From: a virus
Lineage: Duplodnaviria > Caudoviricetes
IMG/VR virus record: IMGVR_UViG_3300044300_000537
Span: 1-30,274 of that record
DNA length: 30,274 nucleotides
Direction: 5' to 3' (one strand)
Shown one piece after another: positions 8,855-19,014 of the stretch. The first letter of the stretch is position 1. Each line of letters starts with the position of its first letter. The translations under genes and the position numbers were made by a program. The notes under the pieces were generated by a model. That model was not told the origin of the DNA and made no database searches. It saw only the letters and a list, made by a program, of their open reading frames with translations.

Positions 8855-10245
8855 TGGCAGAAACAACATTACAAACAGGTGCACTAGCACCACAGCAATC
8901 TCAACAAACGGGCAGTAAAAAAGCTGTAAGTTTAATTGATACTTTATTATCACAACCAACATTACCTCAGGGAACAGCAATTAGCCCTCAGGCACAAAAT
9001 GTTCAAACTAATGAGCTATTAGCAACACCTGGTGTAACTAGTACGTTAAGTGCACAAGCAGCACAGGCAGTTGCCCCTACAGCAACAGCCGTTACAGCAC
9101 CAACAGCAACTTCCGTAGCTACGGCTACACCACAAGCAGCATCTCAATTTACTGCTAATGTTGTTGGTACAGCACCTACTATGACAGCTGCTCAAGGCAC
9201 TGTTACAAACCCAATGATTGCTGCAACACAATCTCTTGCAAATATTGATCCAAGAGCAACTGTACAGGGGCAATTAGAAAATATATCTCAAGATATTCAA
9301 ACATCTTTATCACAAGGAACTCCATTACCTGCATTTGCTAGAGGAGCTGCTGAAGCTGCAAAAGCAACTATGCAAGCTAGAGGATTAGGTGCTTCTACAA
9401 TGTTAGCTGAAGCATTAGCAGAGGGTATATTAAAATCATCAGTACCAATAGCAGCACAAGATGCAGAAGTATATAAACAAACAATATTTCAAAATTTAGC
9501 TAATAACCAACAAGCATCGTTAGTAAATGCTCAAGCATATCTACAAATGGATATGGCTAATTTAAATAATAATCAGCAAGCTAATTTACAAAATTTACAA
9601 GTAAGACAACAAGTTTTATTATCAGATACTTCAGCTAGAAACGCAGCTGCACAATTTAATGCTACTAGTCAGAATCAAGTTAATCAATACTATGATTCAC
9701 TAAATACAAATATACAAACACAAAATGCACAACGATTAGATGCAATGGGTCAGTATGCAAATGCTGAAGCAAATAAAGTTTCTGCACTAAATGCAAAAAA
9801 TGCTACAGCTGTTGCTGATGCTAATGCACAAAGATCAACAGCTATTAGTCAATACAATAAAACTTTAGAAGATGCAAGAGAAAGATTTAATGTTGAAAAT
9901 CAAAGAATTATAGATCAATCAAATGCCGTATGGAGAAGATCAATTAATACAGCAAATACTTCAACAGTTAATGCAGCTAATGAAGTTAATGCTACAAACT
10001 TATTAAATTTATCTAACTTTGGTATGTCAGCATTATGGCAACAATGGAGAGATGAAGCATCATGGGTTAATGCATCATCTGAGAATGAAAATAATAGAGC
10101 ACATAACTTAGCAGTTGCTGCACTAGAAAGAAGCACAGCTTTTGATTTACAAAATGAAGCACAAAAAGCAGCATTATATGGATTACTAGGTTCTTTTGGT
10201 ATGGATATATTTGCTAATTATGAAACAACAAATGATGATAATTAA
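8854..10245 (+). CDS. Putative internal virion (ejection) protein, Q/N/A-rich
   Basis: 463 aa; long helical Q/N/A-rich tracts; located between tail genes and the large core protein. Confidence 0.6.
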   Translation: MAETTLQTGALAPQQSQQTGSKKAVSLIDTLLSQPTLPQGTAISPQAQNVQTNELLATPGVTSTLSAQAAQAVAPTATAVTAPTATSVATATPQAASQFTANVVGTAPTMTAAQGTVTNPMIAATQSLANIDPRATVQGQLENISQDIQTSLSQGTPLPAFARGAAEAAKATMQARGLGASTMLAEALAEGILKSSVPIAAQDAEVYKQTIFQNLANNQQASLVNAQAYLQMDMANLNNNQQANLQNLQVRQQVLLSDTSARNAAAQFNATSQNQVNQYYDSLNTNIQTQNAQRLDAMGQYANAEANKVSALNAKNATAVADANAQRSTAISQYNKTLEDARERFNVENQRIIDQSNAVWRRSINTANTSTVNAANEVNATNLLNLSNFGMSALWQQWRDEASWVNASSENENNRAHNLAVAALERSTAFDLQNEAQKAALYGLLGSFGMDIFANYETTNDDN

Positions 10246-10247
10246 TT

Positions 10248-10403
10248 ATGAATGATAATTTAAAAAAATTATTTAGATCAGCAAGTAGAAGAAATAGAAA
10301 ATTTGTATCTGAAATACTAAATGAAAGAAAAATAAATGGAAACAGAACTACAAAGATTGTAGACTTAATGAAAAATAAAGGTAAAAAAAATGTCAGTATT
10401 TAA
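10248..10403 (+). CDS. 51-aa basic hypothetical protein (not in the ORF track)
   Basis: MNDNLKKLFRSASRRNRKFVSEILNERKINGNRTTKIVDLMKNKGKKNVSI fills the gap between two genes. Confidence 0.5.
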   Translation: MNDNLKKLFRSASRRNRKFVSEILNERKINGNRTTKIVDLMKNKGKKNVSI

Positions 10404-10680
10404 AAAAATAAGATCAGCTATAGGTAAAAGTCAAAGAGAAAAAAGTTATTTAAAAAGCTATCAAAATTATATGGAAACTATTGATAGACTTGAAAGTAAA
10501 AAGATGTCTTTTCGTGGGGCTAGAATGCCAATAGCTACAGGTAGTGGGCTATTTACAAGACCAAATAGACCTACTTTAAGTGACATAAAAGAAGCTAAAC
10601 TTAGCGATATATTAGATAAACATAGATCAAGAGCACTAGCATTAGCACAAGCTAAATACTATGCTAAACAGGTAGGATAA
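10390..10680 (+). CDS. Hypothetical basic protein
   Basis: 96-aa ORF, co-oriented and tightly packed. Confidence 0.55.
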   Translation: MSVFKKIRSAIGKSQREKSYLKSYQNYMETIDRLESKKMSFRGARMPIATGSGLFTRPNRPTLSDIKEAKLSDILDKHRSRALALAQAKYYAKQVG

Positions 10681-10681
10681 T

Positions 10682-11203
10682 ATGAAAGGAGATTTTACAC
10701 AATCAGAATATAACCCATTTGATTCACCAGTACCAGGACAATCTTTAACTGATAAACCTGGAAACTATCCTTGGGAACACGCACCACAATATACAGATGT
10801 AGATCAAGTATTAGATTTATTATTTGATCAAGTTACAAATGAAAGATTTGCAAAACAAATTATTTCAATGTTACATGCTGGAGTTCCAGTTGAAGCTATA
10901 GTTAGAGTTATAACTTTTAGTGGATTTTTAAATGGAAAATTTACTCCTGATGTTGGTTTTATAATTATTGAACCATTAATGAATTTAATATCTGCTATTG
11001 GTATAAGAGCAGGTGTTCCTAATATACGACTATCTTTAGAAAATTTAGATGAAATGGATAATGATTTTATAAGATCCATGTCAGATTTAAAGGCAGCAAA
11101 AGAAGACATATCACAAGTAGCAGAAACAATTAAAGAAGAAGCTGGAGAACAACCACAAGGATTAATGGCTCCACCAGCTGAAACACAGGAGGAATTAATA
11201 TAA
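10682..11203 (+). CDS. Conserved hypothetical phage protein, possibly virion-associated
   Basis: 173 aa; FDSPVPGQSLT...YPWEHAPQY motif I recognise from marine podovirus late regions; AGGA RBS. Confidence 0.6.
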   Translation: MKGDFTQSEYNPFDSPVPGQSLTDKPGNYPWEHAPQYTDVDQVLDLLFDQVTNERFAKQIISMLHAGVPVEAIVRVITFSGFLNGKFTPDVGFIIIEPLMNLISAIGIRAGVPNIRLSLENLDEMDNDFIRSMSDLKAAKEDISQVAETIKEEAGEQPQGLMAPPAETQEELI

Positions 11204-12582
11204 TGGCAATAAATCCATTTTTATCATTTGCAACAGGTGCACTAAGAAGAAGAGAAGATATTAGAGATGAAAGAGCTGAATCAGCAGGAGAACTTCTTGA
11301 TGTAGTAAGTGATTACTATTTTACTCAAACTTTTCCAGCAGAAGAAGCAGCAATAAAAAATGATAATGAGTTATATAAAAGTATCTCAACAGAATATAAT
11401 AATCAAGTTGCTGAAGGTTTAAGTAAAATGGGATATATAAGTGCAGCTAAAGGTGATTTGGTTAGATTAAAAGATTTAATAAATAATCTAGAAAAAAATA
11501 AACCAGGATTTATAAACCAATTACAAAACGCAGAACCTGGATCTGTTATGTATGATACTTTATTTGCAGATAGAAATGCAGAAAAGAAAGCAAATTTAAA
11601 AGATAATAAAGATTTAATTGCAAGTGTTTTACAAGATAAACCTGAACTTGCTAAATTAAATTTTGGTGAGAATCTAAAAACAAGTAAAATTGGAACTCTT
11701 CAAAATCTTTTATTTGGTACTGCATTAGATAAAACTATGGCTCCTAAAATTATAGGTGCTCTTGATACAAAAATGGAAGAACAAGAAGCACCTGCAGAAG
11801 GTGAGGCAAGTTTATCTGAAAGAATAGATTATAAACCACCTTTACCAAAAAGTAGAGTTGAAACTAAATACGCACAGATTAATAAAGCAGTTATGGATAA
11901 AAATCCTTCATACGGTAAAGCAGTTGCTACAGGTGTCGAGGGAGAATTTAATTTTAATTTAGCAGGTGATTATGATGATCAATATAAAATTCATACCATT
12001 ATAGCTGAAAATGTAGAAAGAGGACCTGACGGTGCTGGGCAAAATCAAGGTGCAATAGCTACTATTTCAGGAAGACTAGTACAAAATGAAATTATTAAAC
12101 CAGCAGTTATACTAAACTTAGGTGATGATAATTATAAAAAAGAATTTATATTTCAATCAGGACTAACTACCTATCTTAATTTAAATAAAGCTATAAAAGC
12201 AAATAAGAAAAATCCATTAGAAAATAAATTTTTAAATGATATGCAATTAAGTAATACTACAAAAGGATTTGTAGCTGGAACAATTAAATCTTTAGATGAT
12301 TCAGAATTATCTTTATATGAAGTAGAGGCAAATGAAAGAGAAATATTTAGTGGAGATTTACAAAATGTTACTAACAATCAATTTGGTGCAGCATACGCTA
12401 CAACTTTAATTATAACAGCAAATAGAATATATCAAAAACATGGACCTGAAGCATCTAGTTTCTTTTTCAACTCACTACCTGAAATACAATACAAGCAGTC
12501 AAATGGTAAGGTAGCTAATATTAAATCGTTTGCAATGCTTGAGTTTAATAAATTAAAAAATAAAAGTTTAAATAACAGGTAA
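11203..12582 (+). CDS. Putative internal virion protein
   Basis: 459 aa; AGGAGG RBS; N-terminal FLSFATGA; lies immediately before the largest core gene. Confidence 0.5.
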   Translation: MAINPFLSFATGALRRREDIRDERAESAGELLDVVSDYYFTQTFPAEEAAIKNDNELYKSISTEYNNQVAEGLSKMGYISAAKGDLVRLKDLINNLEKNKPGFINQLQNAEPGSVMYDTLFADRNAEKKANLKDNKDLIASVLQDKPELAKLNFGENLKTSKIGTLQNLLFGTALDKTMAPKIIGALDTKMEEQEAPAEGEASLSERIDYKPPLPKSRVETKYAQINKAVMDKNPSYGKAVATGVEGEFNFNLAGDYDDQYKIHTIIAENVERGPDGAGQNQGAIATISGRLVQNEIIKPAVILNLGDDNYKKEFIFQSGLTTYLNLNKAIKANKKNPLENKFLNDMQLSNTTKGFVAGTIKSLDDSELSLYEVEANEREIFSGDLQNVTNNQFGAAYATTLIITANRIYQKHGPEASSFFFNSLPEIQYKQSNGKVANIKSFAMLEFNKLKNKSLNNR

Positions 12583-12587
12583 ACTAA

Positions 12588-15500
12588 ATGAAATTAGACA
12601 AGCAGTCTATAAGTAATAAAGATTTTCCTGATACAACTGATATAATAAATAACAGTTTAACAGAGAAAGTTAGCAAACCAGAAAACATACAAGTTGCTGG
12701 TATGCTTGATAAGTTAGATAATTTTAAATTACCTGATGTATCCCCAGATAAACCTGCAGTTATATTAGATTATGATAATAAAAGTGACGAAGTAAAAGTT
12801 GGCTACATGTCTGAGTTAGTAAATGACAAAGACTTAGTTGATATAGCTTCAGAATTTTATTATTTTAAAGATGGTATAAAGTTTGAAAATCCAGAACAAG
12901 TAATTAAATACTGGATGACCGATAGAACATGGAAGCAAACTAATATACCATCAATGGGTTTTGAGTTAGCTTTTGTAACTGATGATGATATACCATTAAA
13001 ACAATTACAAAATTTAAAATACCTTACAGAAAAATGGGATCAGCAACCTATGTTTTTTAGAGGTGCTTTTAACACAATATATCAAAATTTAAAACCTGCA
13101 GTAGCGGACCCTTTAAACTGGATTGGGGGTCTTGTTTATGGAAGATTTGCTCAAGCAGCAGGTAAAGAAGCATTTGAAAAAATATTACAAGCACAGGTAA
13201 AAAGAAGTTTAGCAAGTAAATCAGGAAAATCTGTAGGTGATATAACTTTAAAAGCAGCAGCCGCAGCTAAAAAAGCAAAATTAATTGGTGCTGCAAAAGG
13301 TGGATTAAAAGTTGCAGGTATTGATGCTGCTCTAATGGGAACAGCAGATTTTATAATACAAAATACTGAAAAGCAATTAGGTATGCGAGAAGCATATGAT
13401 CCCTTTAGAATTGGAACAGCAGCAGTTACAGGTGGTATCTTTTCATTTGCAAGCACAGCAGGAATAGCTTATGGTATATCTAAACTTTCTAGCCCAAGAC
13501 AAACTAAATTTCCTAAAAGTATTGATGAAGGTTTAGAAAAATCACAATTAAGAAGTATAAAAATTACTGAAGAAAATAATATATTACAACAAGTAAATCC
13601 TAGAACTGCTTTAAAAAAAGGATATGATAATTATCAACTATATGGCTTTACTAAATTTCATGAAATTGATAATCTTACTAAAATAGGAACAGGTGTTGGT
13701 GGTGATGTTTTTAGTTTAAAAGCTGCTATAAAACAAGCAAAAGAAACAGATGTTGACCCAAGTCTTTTACCAGCTTTTAGATTTAGAGATACATTAGCTT
13801 CAAGTGCTAGAACAAAAGAATTTTTAGAATGGAGAGCATTTTTACCACCAGACAAAGATGCAGTTGTTGGTACAGCTAGTTATAAAGATACAGGTATTGA
13901 AGGTTTAAATGTTGTTTTAAAACCTTTAGCAGATTTAAATGAAGCATCAGACTTTATGGTTTATGTAGGTGCAAAAAGAGCACTAGATATATATAAACAT
14001 TTAGATTCAAAAAAAATAGCTGTTAAAGATATTAAGCTACCATTCACTAAAGATCAAGCTAAAAAAATAGCTGACTATGGTGAGCTTAGCCCCGCTGATT
14101 ATAAAGCAAGATATGGGGAAGACTCGGCAAAAAAAGGTGGTGACTATAGATTCTTTGCACAAAATTTAAAAAGATATACAGATTTTTTAATGGATTATGC
14201 TTTAAAATCTGATATGCTTGATGCGGCTACAAAAGCAAAAATATTATCCGTATATAAAAATGGATATGTTCCATTTTATGCTACAACAGAACAAGTTGGG
14301 GTATTTAAACAAACTAAAGAATTATTTGATAAACCTGGTAAAAAAGGTAAACAAAGTATTGTTACACCATCAGCACCTATTAAAAAATTATTAAAAGGAA
14401 CAAAAGTTATTGATTTAGATTTTTACAATACTTTAGTTAATTATAGTTATAAAGTTGTTCAAGGCTCTGATTTTAATAGAGCTAATTTATCTTTAGTTGA
14501 TATGCTAACCAATATGCAAAAATCAACAGATGATTTTATTAAGACAAAAGGAGTTAGTTCAAAAAATTTTGGAACTGTAGTAGGTGATACAGGGGTAATA
14601 AGAAAATTAGATCCAAAGGTTATTAGTAATAAAGCTATAACAGAAAGTGTTGAAAATAGTTTAAAAAAATTAGGACATAAAATTACTAGAATACCTGGTG
14701 AACCTAAAAAAGCATTACCTGATAATATTGATGTTGCAAACTTTGCACCAATTTCTAGACAAGCAGGTATTGATGGGAGCGTATTAACCGTATATAGAAA
14801 TGGTAAACCTGAGTTTTACGAAATTAGAAATCCATATTTAAAAGCAATGTATAATACATATGGTAGTAGAGCTAATGATGGAATTACAAAGTATTTAGAT
14901 AATGCATTATTCCGTGGATTAGACAAAGCAATTAATGTTCCTGCTAGAATTTTAGGAAAAGGTATAACGTTAGATCCATTGTTTCAAACAGCTAACATAC
15001 AGCGTGATACTTTATCAGGGTTTATTAATTCTGCTTTTAGTGGAATTATTGAACCTAAACGAATAAAAGGTAAAAAGCCAAGTATATTAGATAGAAGAGG
15101 AACTTTACCAATTATAGATACAGCTAAAGGTGTGGGTATGCAATTACCTGTGCTTAAAAAATTATTAGATGCACAGGATGCCTATAGGCTAGCAATCATA
15201 AATGGTATGGGTATGTCTACACGAGCAGAAACAGGATTATTAATTCCGCCAAACTTAGCAGCTAAAATTAGTAAAGGTAATCCAGATGCTAACGATAGTT
15301 ATTTAAATGATATAAAATATTTATTAAAAGATAATGCAACTGGATCATTTACAAGATATGCTGACTTTGTAAGTAAGTTTGAATACGCTACAAGACTTGG
15401 TGAATATGCTATGGCTAAAAAAGCAGGTTGGGGTAATGTAGCAGCTTCATATGCTGGTAGAGAAGTTGCAACTGACTTTGGATTACATGGTGCGTCTACA

Positions 15501-16871
15501 ACATTAAACTGGCTATCATCAAATACTATTTTCTTAAATGCAGGTCTTCAAGGATTTAATAAAGGATTTAGAAGAATATTTATTGAGAGTGGTAAAGTTC
15601 CTGGTTCTAAAGCAGGTATTACTCATGATGCGAGAGCCAAAGCTGCAGCACTAGTAATGGCTACTGTAGTTGCTCCTAAATTGTACACTTATTATCTTAA
15701 TAGAGAATACAAAGAATATGACGAAGAAAAAGATATATTAAAACAATTAAATGTTATGATACCTATTGAGTATGAAAAAGGTGATAATATACCTGATAAT
15801 AAAAGTATAGGTGATGTAAAAAGATTTTTAAAATTTCCAATGCCATATGACTATGGTATATTTGGTAACATCGCAGAAACTGCATTTGAGTATGTTGATA
15901 AAAGAAATTCTGCAGAAGCATTTAAATATCTAACAGAATCATTTACATTATTATTACCATTTAATGCACACACTGTTGTACCAATTCCAACTACAATGGA
16001 ATTTTTTATTGAGTATTTAATTAACAAAGATATATTTACAGGTCAGACTATACGATCTGAATATATGAATACTAAGAGTAGTAAATACCAAATTACTCCA
16101 AGAACAAGAGATATATCAATAAGATTATCTAATATGGCATTGTGGTTGCAATCTTTTGGAACAGATCCTAATAGAGTTCCTGAGAGAGCATTTAATTTTC
16201 CAATACCAAAAATAGGAGATTTACCATCAGGACCATTTAAAATTCCAACAGACCCAATAAGTATAGATTTCTTAATTAATAATTTTATGGTTGGTATTTA
16301 CAGATATCCATTAGAAGCATTTGATGCATTAAGTAAAAATGTAGATAGGTATGGACCAATTGAAACAAAGAAAAAAGATGAGTTAGATATTTTACGAGCA
16401 CCTTGGAATATATTAGTAAAAAGAAATGTATCAGAAATGCCAGCTGATTCTACAACTCATACTGAAATATTTTTTGATATTATAAAACGTGCACAAAAAA
16501 TTAAATCAGAGTATCCTGATGAAATAGATTTAACAGATGGTTATAAAGTATTTGACCAAATGTTTGAAGGTTGGTTGTCACAAAAGGTAACTATAGGTGA
16601 AAGAGAAGTGCAACTATATAAATCTTTAAGTCCAAACATAAGTGTAGTTAAAAAATTATTAGATGAAAGTCAAGATAAAATTAATTTAATACGTGCAGAT
16701 AAATCTAAAACTGCTGATGAAAAACGTAATGAAATAGATGACATACAAGCTGGTATAAATAAACTTACATATGAATTTATAACTACACTTTCTAACAGTA
16801 ATTTAAAAGATGCTCTAGAATATATTCATGGTAAATCAATATTTACACCAAACCCAGCGATACAAAATTAA
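12588..16871 (+). CDS. Large internal virion protein with LPD38-like C-terminal region
   Basis: 1427 aa; motifs YVPF, PLFQTANIQRD, FEYATRLGEY, REVATDF, FLNAGLQG and KFPMPYDYG resemble large polyvalent/gp16-type ejection proteins. Confidence 0.65.
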   Translation: MKLDKQSISNKDFPDTTDIINNSLTEKVSKPENIQVAGMLDKLDNFKLPDVSPDKPAVILDYDNKSDEVKVGYMSELVNDKDLVDIASEFYYFKDGIKFENPEQVIKYWMTDRTWKQTNIPSMGFELAFVTDDDIPLKQLQNLKYLTEKWDQQPMFFRGAFNTIYQNLKPAVADPLNWIGGLVYGRFAQAAGKEAFEKILQAQVKRSLASKSGKSVGDITLKAAAAAKKAKLIGAAKGGLKVAGIDAALMGTADFIIQNTEKQLGMREAYDPFRIGTAAVTGGIFSFASTAGIAYGISKLSSPRQTKFPKSIDEGLEKSQLRSIKITEENNILQQVNPRTALKKGYDNYQLYGFTKFHEIDNLTKIGTGVGGDVFSLKAAIKQAKETDVDPSLLPAFRFRDTLASSARTKEFLEWRAFLPPDKDAVVGTASYKDTGIEGLNVVLKPLADLNEASDFMVYVGAKRALDIYKHLDSKKIAVKDIKLPFTKDQAKKIADYGELSPADYKARYGEDSAKKGGDYRFFAQNLKRYTDFLMDYALKSDMLDAATKAKILSVYKNGYVPFYATTEQVGVFKQTKELFDKPGKKGKQSIVTPSAPIKKLLKGTKVIDLDFYNTLVNYSYKVVQGSDFNRANLSLVDMLTNMQKSTDDFIKTKGVSSKNFGTVVGDTGVIRKLDPKVISNKAITESVENSLKKLGHKITRIPGEPKKALPDNIDVANFAPISRQAGIDGSVLTVYRNGKPEFYEIRNPYLKAMYNTYGSRANDGITKYLDNALFRGLDKAINVPARILGKGITLDPLFQTANIQRDTLSGFINSAFSGIIEPKRIKGKKPSILDRRGTLPIIDTAKGVGMQLPVLKKLLDAQDAYRLAIINGMGMSTRAETGLLIPPNLAAKISKGNPDANDSYLNDIKYLLKDNATGSFTRYADFVSKFEYATRLGEYAMAKKAGWGNVAASYAGREVATDFGLHGASTTLNWLSSNTIFLNAGLQGFNKGFRRIFIESGKVPGSKAGITHDARAKAAALVMATVVAPKLYTYYLNREYKEYDEEKDILKQLNVMIPIEYEKGDNIPDNKSIGDVKRFLKFPMPYDYGIFGNIAETAFEYVDKRNSAEAFKYLTESFTLLLPFNAHTVVPIPTTMEFFIEYLINKDIFTGQTIRSEYMNTKSSKYQITPRTRDISIRLSNMALWLQSFGTDPNRVPERAFNFPIPKIGDLPSGPFKIPTDPISIDFLINNFMVGIYRYPLEAFDALSKNVDRYGPIETKKKDELDILRAPWNILVKRNVSEMPADSTTHTEIFFDIIKRAQKIKSEYPDEIDLTDGYKVFDQMFEGWLSQKVTIGEREVQLYKSLSPNISVVKKLLDESQDKINLIRADKSKTADEKRNEIDDIQAGINKLTYEFITTLSNSNLKDALEYIHGKSIFTPNPAIQN

Positions 16872-16872
16872 T

Positions 16873-17088
16873 ATGGCTAAGCAACCCAAAACAACTAGTG
16901 AACATATCATATCCTTATATGGATATATAACAGGGTTGCGAAGAGAAGTCAGCCAAATAAAAAATAATCACCTCAAACATATGCACCAAGATATCGATAG
17001 ATTGCATTCTAAAGTAGATAAGCTATTATATGCAATACTAGGAGGTCTAGGTGCTACAATAATAACATTACTAGGACTATTTACATAA
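16873..17088 (+). CDS. Small coiled-coil protein with C-terminal TM (holin/XhlA-like); start corrected to 16873
   Basis: MAKQPK...IKNNHLKHM...LLYAILGGLGATIITLLGLFT; directly upstream of the amidase. Confidence 0.55.
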   Translation: MAKQPKTTSEHIISLYGYITGLRREVSQIKNNHLKHMHQDIDRLHSKVDKLLYAILGGLGATIITLLGLFT

Positions 17089-17516
17089 TGGACAAAAGAC
17101 AAATAACAGATACAATAGTAATACATTGCACACAAACTCCAAAAGATATGGAAGTTGATGTAGAAAAAGTTACACAATGGCATAAAGATAGAGGGTTTGA
17201 TACAATAGGTTATCACTATTTAATTAAAAGAGATGGCACATTACAGGTTGGAAGAGATGAAGATGCTGTAGGTGCTCATGCAGTAGCAGTTAATGGAACA
17301 TCAATAGGTGTTGCATTAGTTGGTGGTGGTACAGCTGATATGGGTTGGGAAAATAATTTTAACTCAGAGCAGTTTGATACACTTAAAAGTATAATATTAA
17401 GATTAAAAGACAAATACGATATAGAAAAAATAATAGGTCACTATCAAGTAGAGGCATCTAAAGAATGTCCTTCATTTGATGTGCCAGGATGGGTAATAGA
17501 AAATGGCTTGGTTTAG
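17088..17516 (+). CDS. N-acetylmuramoyl-L-alanine amidase (T7 lysozyme-like endolysin)
   Basis: IVIHCT, IGYHYLIKRDG, GAHA, SIGVALVGG and GH...KECPSFDV zinc-amidase motifs. Confidence 0.92.
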   Translation: MDKRQITDTIVIHCTQTPKDMEVDVEKVTQWHKDRGFDTIGYHYLIKRDGTLQVGRDEDAVGAHAVAVNGTSIGVALVGGGTADMGWENNFNSEQFDTLKSIILRLKDKYDIEKIIGHYQVEASKECPSFDVPGWVIENGLV

Positions 17517-17889
17517 TTTAGCAAAGATGGCATTACAAGCTGGTGGCAAAATATATGCCAACAGACAAAAAGCAAAAGTAGCAATGTCTGATGCACAATT
17601 ATTACATGCAGAAAGACAAGCCCGAGGTGAGGAGGCTTACCAGGGTAAATTATTAGAGGCAAGACAAAATGACTACAAGGATGAATTTGTTCTTGTAATT
17701 ATTTCTGCCCCTATCATTGTGTTAATGTGGGCAGTTATGTCAGACGATCCAGCAGCGATGGAGAAAGTAAAACTTTTTTTTGAGTACTTTCAGTCACTTC
17801 CGTCATGGTTCACCAATCTCTGGATTTTAGTAGTGGCTTCTATTTTTGGTATAAAAGGTACACAGATTTTCCGTAACGGGAAAAAATAA
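17503..17889 (+). CDS. Holin (3TM/GTA-holin-like)
   Basis: Hydrophobic segments after KDEF, LPSWF...VVASIFGIKG and a basic C-terminus; overlaps the endolysin. Confidence 0.7.
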   Translation: MAWFSLAKMALQAGGKIYANRQKAKVAMSDAQLLHAERQARGEEAYQGKLLEARQNDYKDEFVLVIISAPIIVLMWAVMSDDPAAMEKVKLFFEYFQSLPSWFTNLWILVVASIFGIKGTQIFRNGKK

Positions 17890-18140
17890 TGTCTAAATCA
17901 GAATATCAAGATCTCATCGCTGAGTATAAAGAGCAGATTAGAATACTAAAGCAAGAAGTAGCTGAGCTACAAGATGCTGGTAAGTCTAAAGATTCTGCAA
18001 ATAAAAGATCTTTACAGCGATTAGAAAATGTTACAGATGATTTAGAAAAAGCACAAGCTGAAATAAAAAAGCTAACTCAACAACTGGAGGATAAAACCCA
18101 TGAAAAAAATAGTACAAAAGATAAAAGATCTTTGGAATAG
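17889..18140 (+). CDS. Coiled-coil hypothetical protein
   Basis: 83 aa with heptad pattern; TAATG-coupled to the holin. Confidence 0.6.
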   Translation: MSKSEYQDLIAEYKEQIRILKQEVAELQDAGKSKDSANKRSLQRLENVTDDLEKAQAEIKKLTQQLEDKTHEKNSTKDKRSLE

Positions 18141-18177
18141 ATTTATTGATTGGTTCACTGCTGGCTTAGATAAATGA
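18100..18177 (+). CDS. 25-aa amphipathic cationic peptide (not in the ORF track)
   Basis: MKKIVQKIKDLWNRFIDWFTAGLDK; GGAGG at 18086-18090; its stop overlaps the next start (ATGA). Confidence 0.6.
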   Translation: MKKIVQKIKDLWNRFIDWFTAGLDK

Positions 18178-18398
18178 AAGTAGCATTAGTATTTTTACTA
18201 TGCTCCAGTGTTAACGTAGGATGTTTAGACCCTATACCTTATCCTGAAAAATTTAAGGATGAGTACACTTGTTTATTAAAAGGTTATGATGAATCAAAAA
18301 GATTATTAATAAAAGCAGGAAAAGAGAATGTTAATAAGCATGGTTTGTTTTATAAATTTGACTGCTTTGAAATTGAACTAGAAGAAGAAGATACATAA
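18174..18398 (+). CDS. Small Cys-containing exported protein
   Basis: Hydrophobic N-terminus MKVALVFLLC; four Cys residues; acidic tail. Confidence 0.6.
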   Translation: MKVALVFLLCSSVNVGCLDPIPYPEKFKDEYTCLLKGYDESKRLLIKAGKENVNKHGLFYKFDCFEIELEEEDT

Positions 18399-18399
18399 T

Positions 18400-19014
18400 A
18401 TGAGAACCCTCACAATATTATTTATATTACTATTTACAACATCTGCATATGCAGGTAGCACCCAATCAAATGTTAGTGGGTCTAATACTGCTATTGAAGG
18501 TGGATATACTTCTTCAACTACTTATGAGTCAGGATCTAGTTCTGCTTCTACAACAAGCAATACTACTAATAGTAATATTAGATCAGCACCACCCTCAGCA
18601 TATGCCCCAGGAGTAAACTCATCAGGTATTGATGTGTGTTCTACAGGTGCAAGTATGGGAATACAAACATTTGGTTTGGGTGTATCAGGTGGTAAATCTT
18701 TTAGAGATGAAAATTGTGAAAGAATTAAACTATCAAGACAATTAGATAGTATGGGTATGAAAGTTGCAGCAGTTGCTTTATTATGTCAAGACCCTAGAGT
18801 ATTTGAAGCTATGATTCATGCAGGTACTCCTTGCCCATATCAAGGTAAAATTGGTAATGATGCAAATAAACTTTGGAAAAAATACGATAAGTTAAGACCA
18901 GACTATAATCAATATACTAAAGATTTAAAAGTTGTTAAGACTATAGATAAAAAGCATGATAAAATTATTATTGAAAAGCTGCCTGATACTAGCGTTAATA
19001 ACAAGTCTCAGTAA
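18400..19014 (+). CDS. Secreted Cys-containing hypothetical protein
   Basis: Signal peptide ending AYA; S/T-rich linker; APPSA, DENCERIKLS, LLCQDPRV and GTPCP motifs. Confidence 0.7.
   Translation: MRTLTILFILLFTTSAYAGSTQSNVSGSNTAIEGGYTSSTTYESGSSSASTTSNTTNSNIRSAPPSAYAPGVNSSGIDVCSTGASMGIQTFGLGVSGGKSFRDENCERIKLSRQLDSMGMKVAAVALLCQDPRVFEAMIHAGTPCPYQGKIGNDANKLWKKYDKLRPDYNQYTKDLKVVKTIDKKHDKIIIEKLPDTSVNNKSQ

Noticed and set aside
8702-13855. Antisense ORFs, including the Cys-rich 9046..9273
   Set aside because: Reverse complements of Ala/Thr/Gln-rich coding sequence; GCA and ACA codons yield spurious Cys.
18174-18398. o-spanin lipoprotein call
   Set aside because: Cys residues follow a hydrophobic stretch, but the lipobox is unconvincing and the protein is not Pro-rich or nested in an i-spanin; left as an exported protein.
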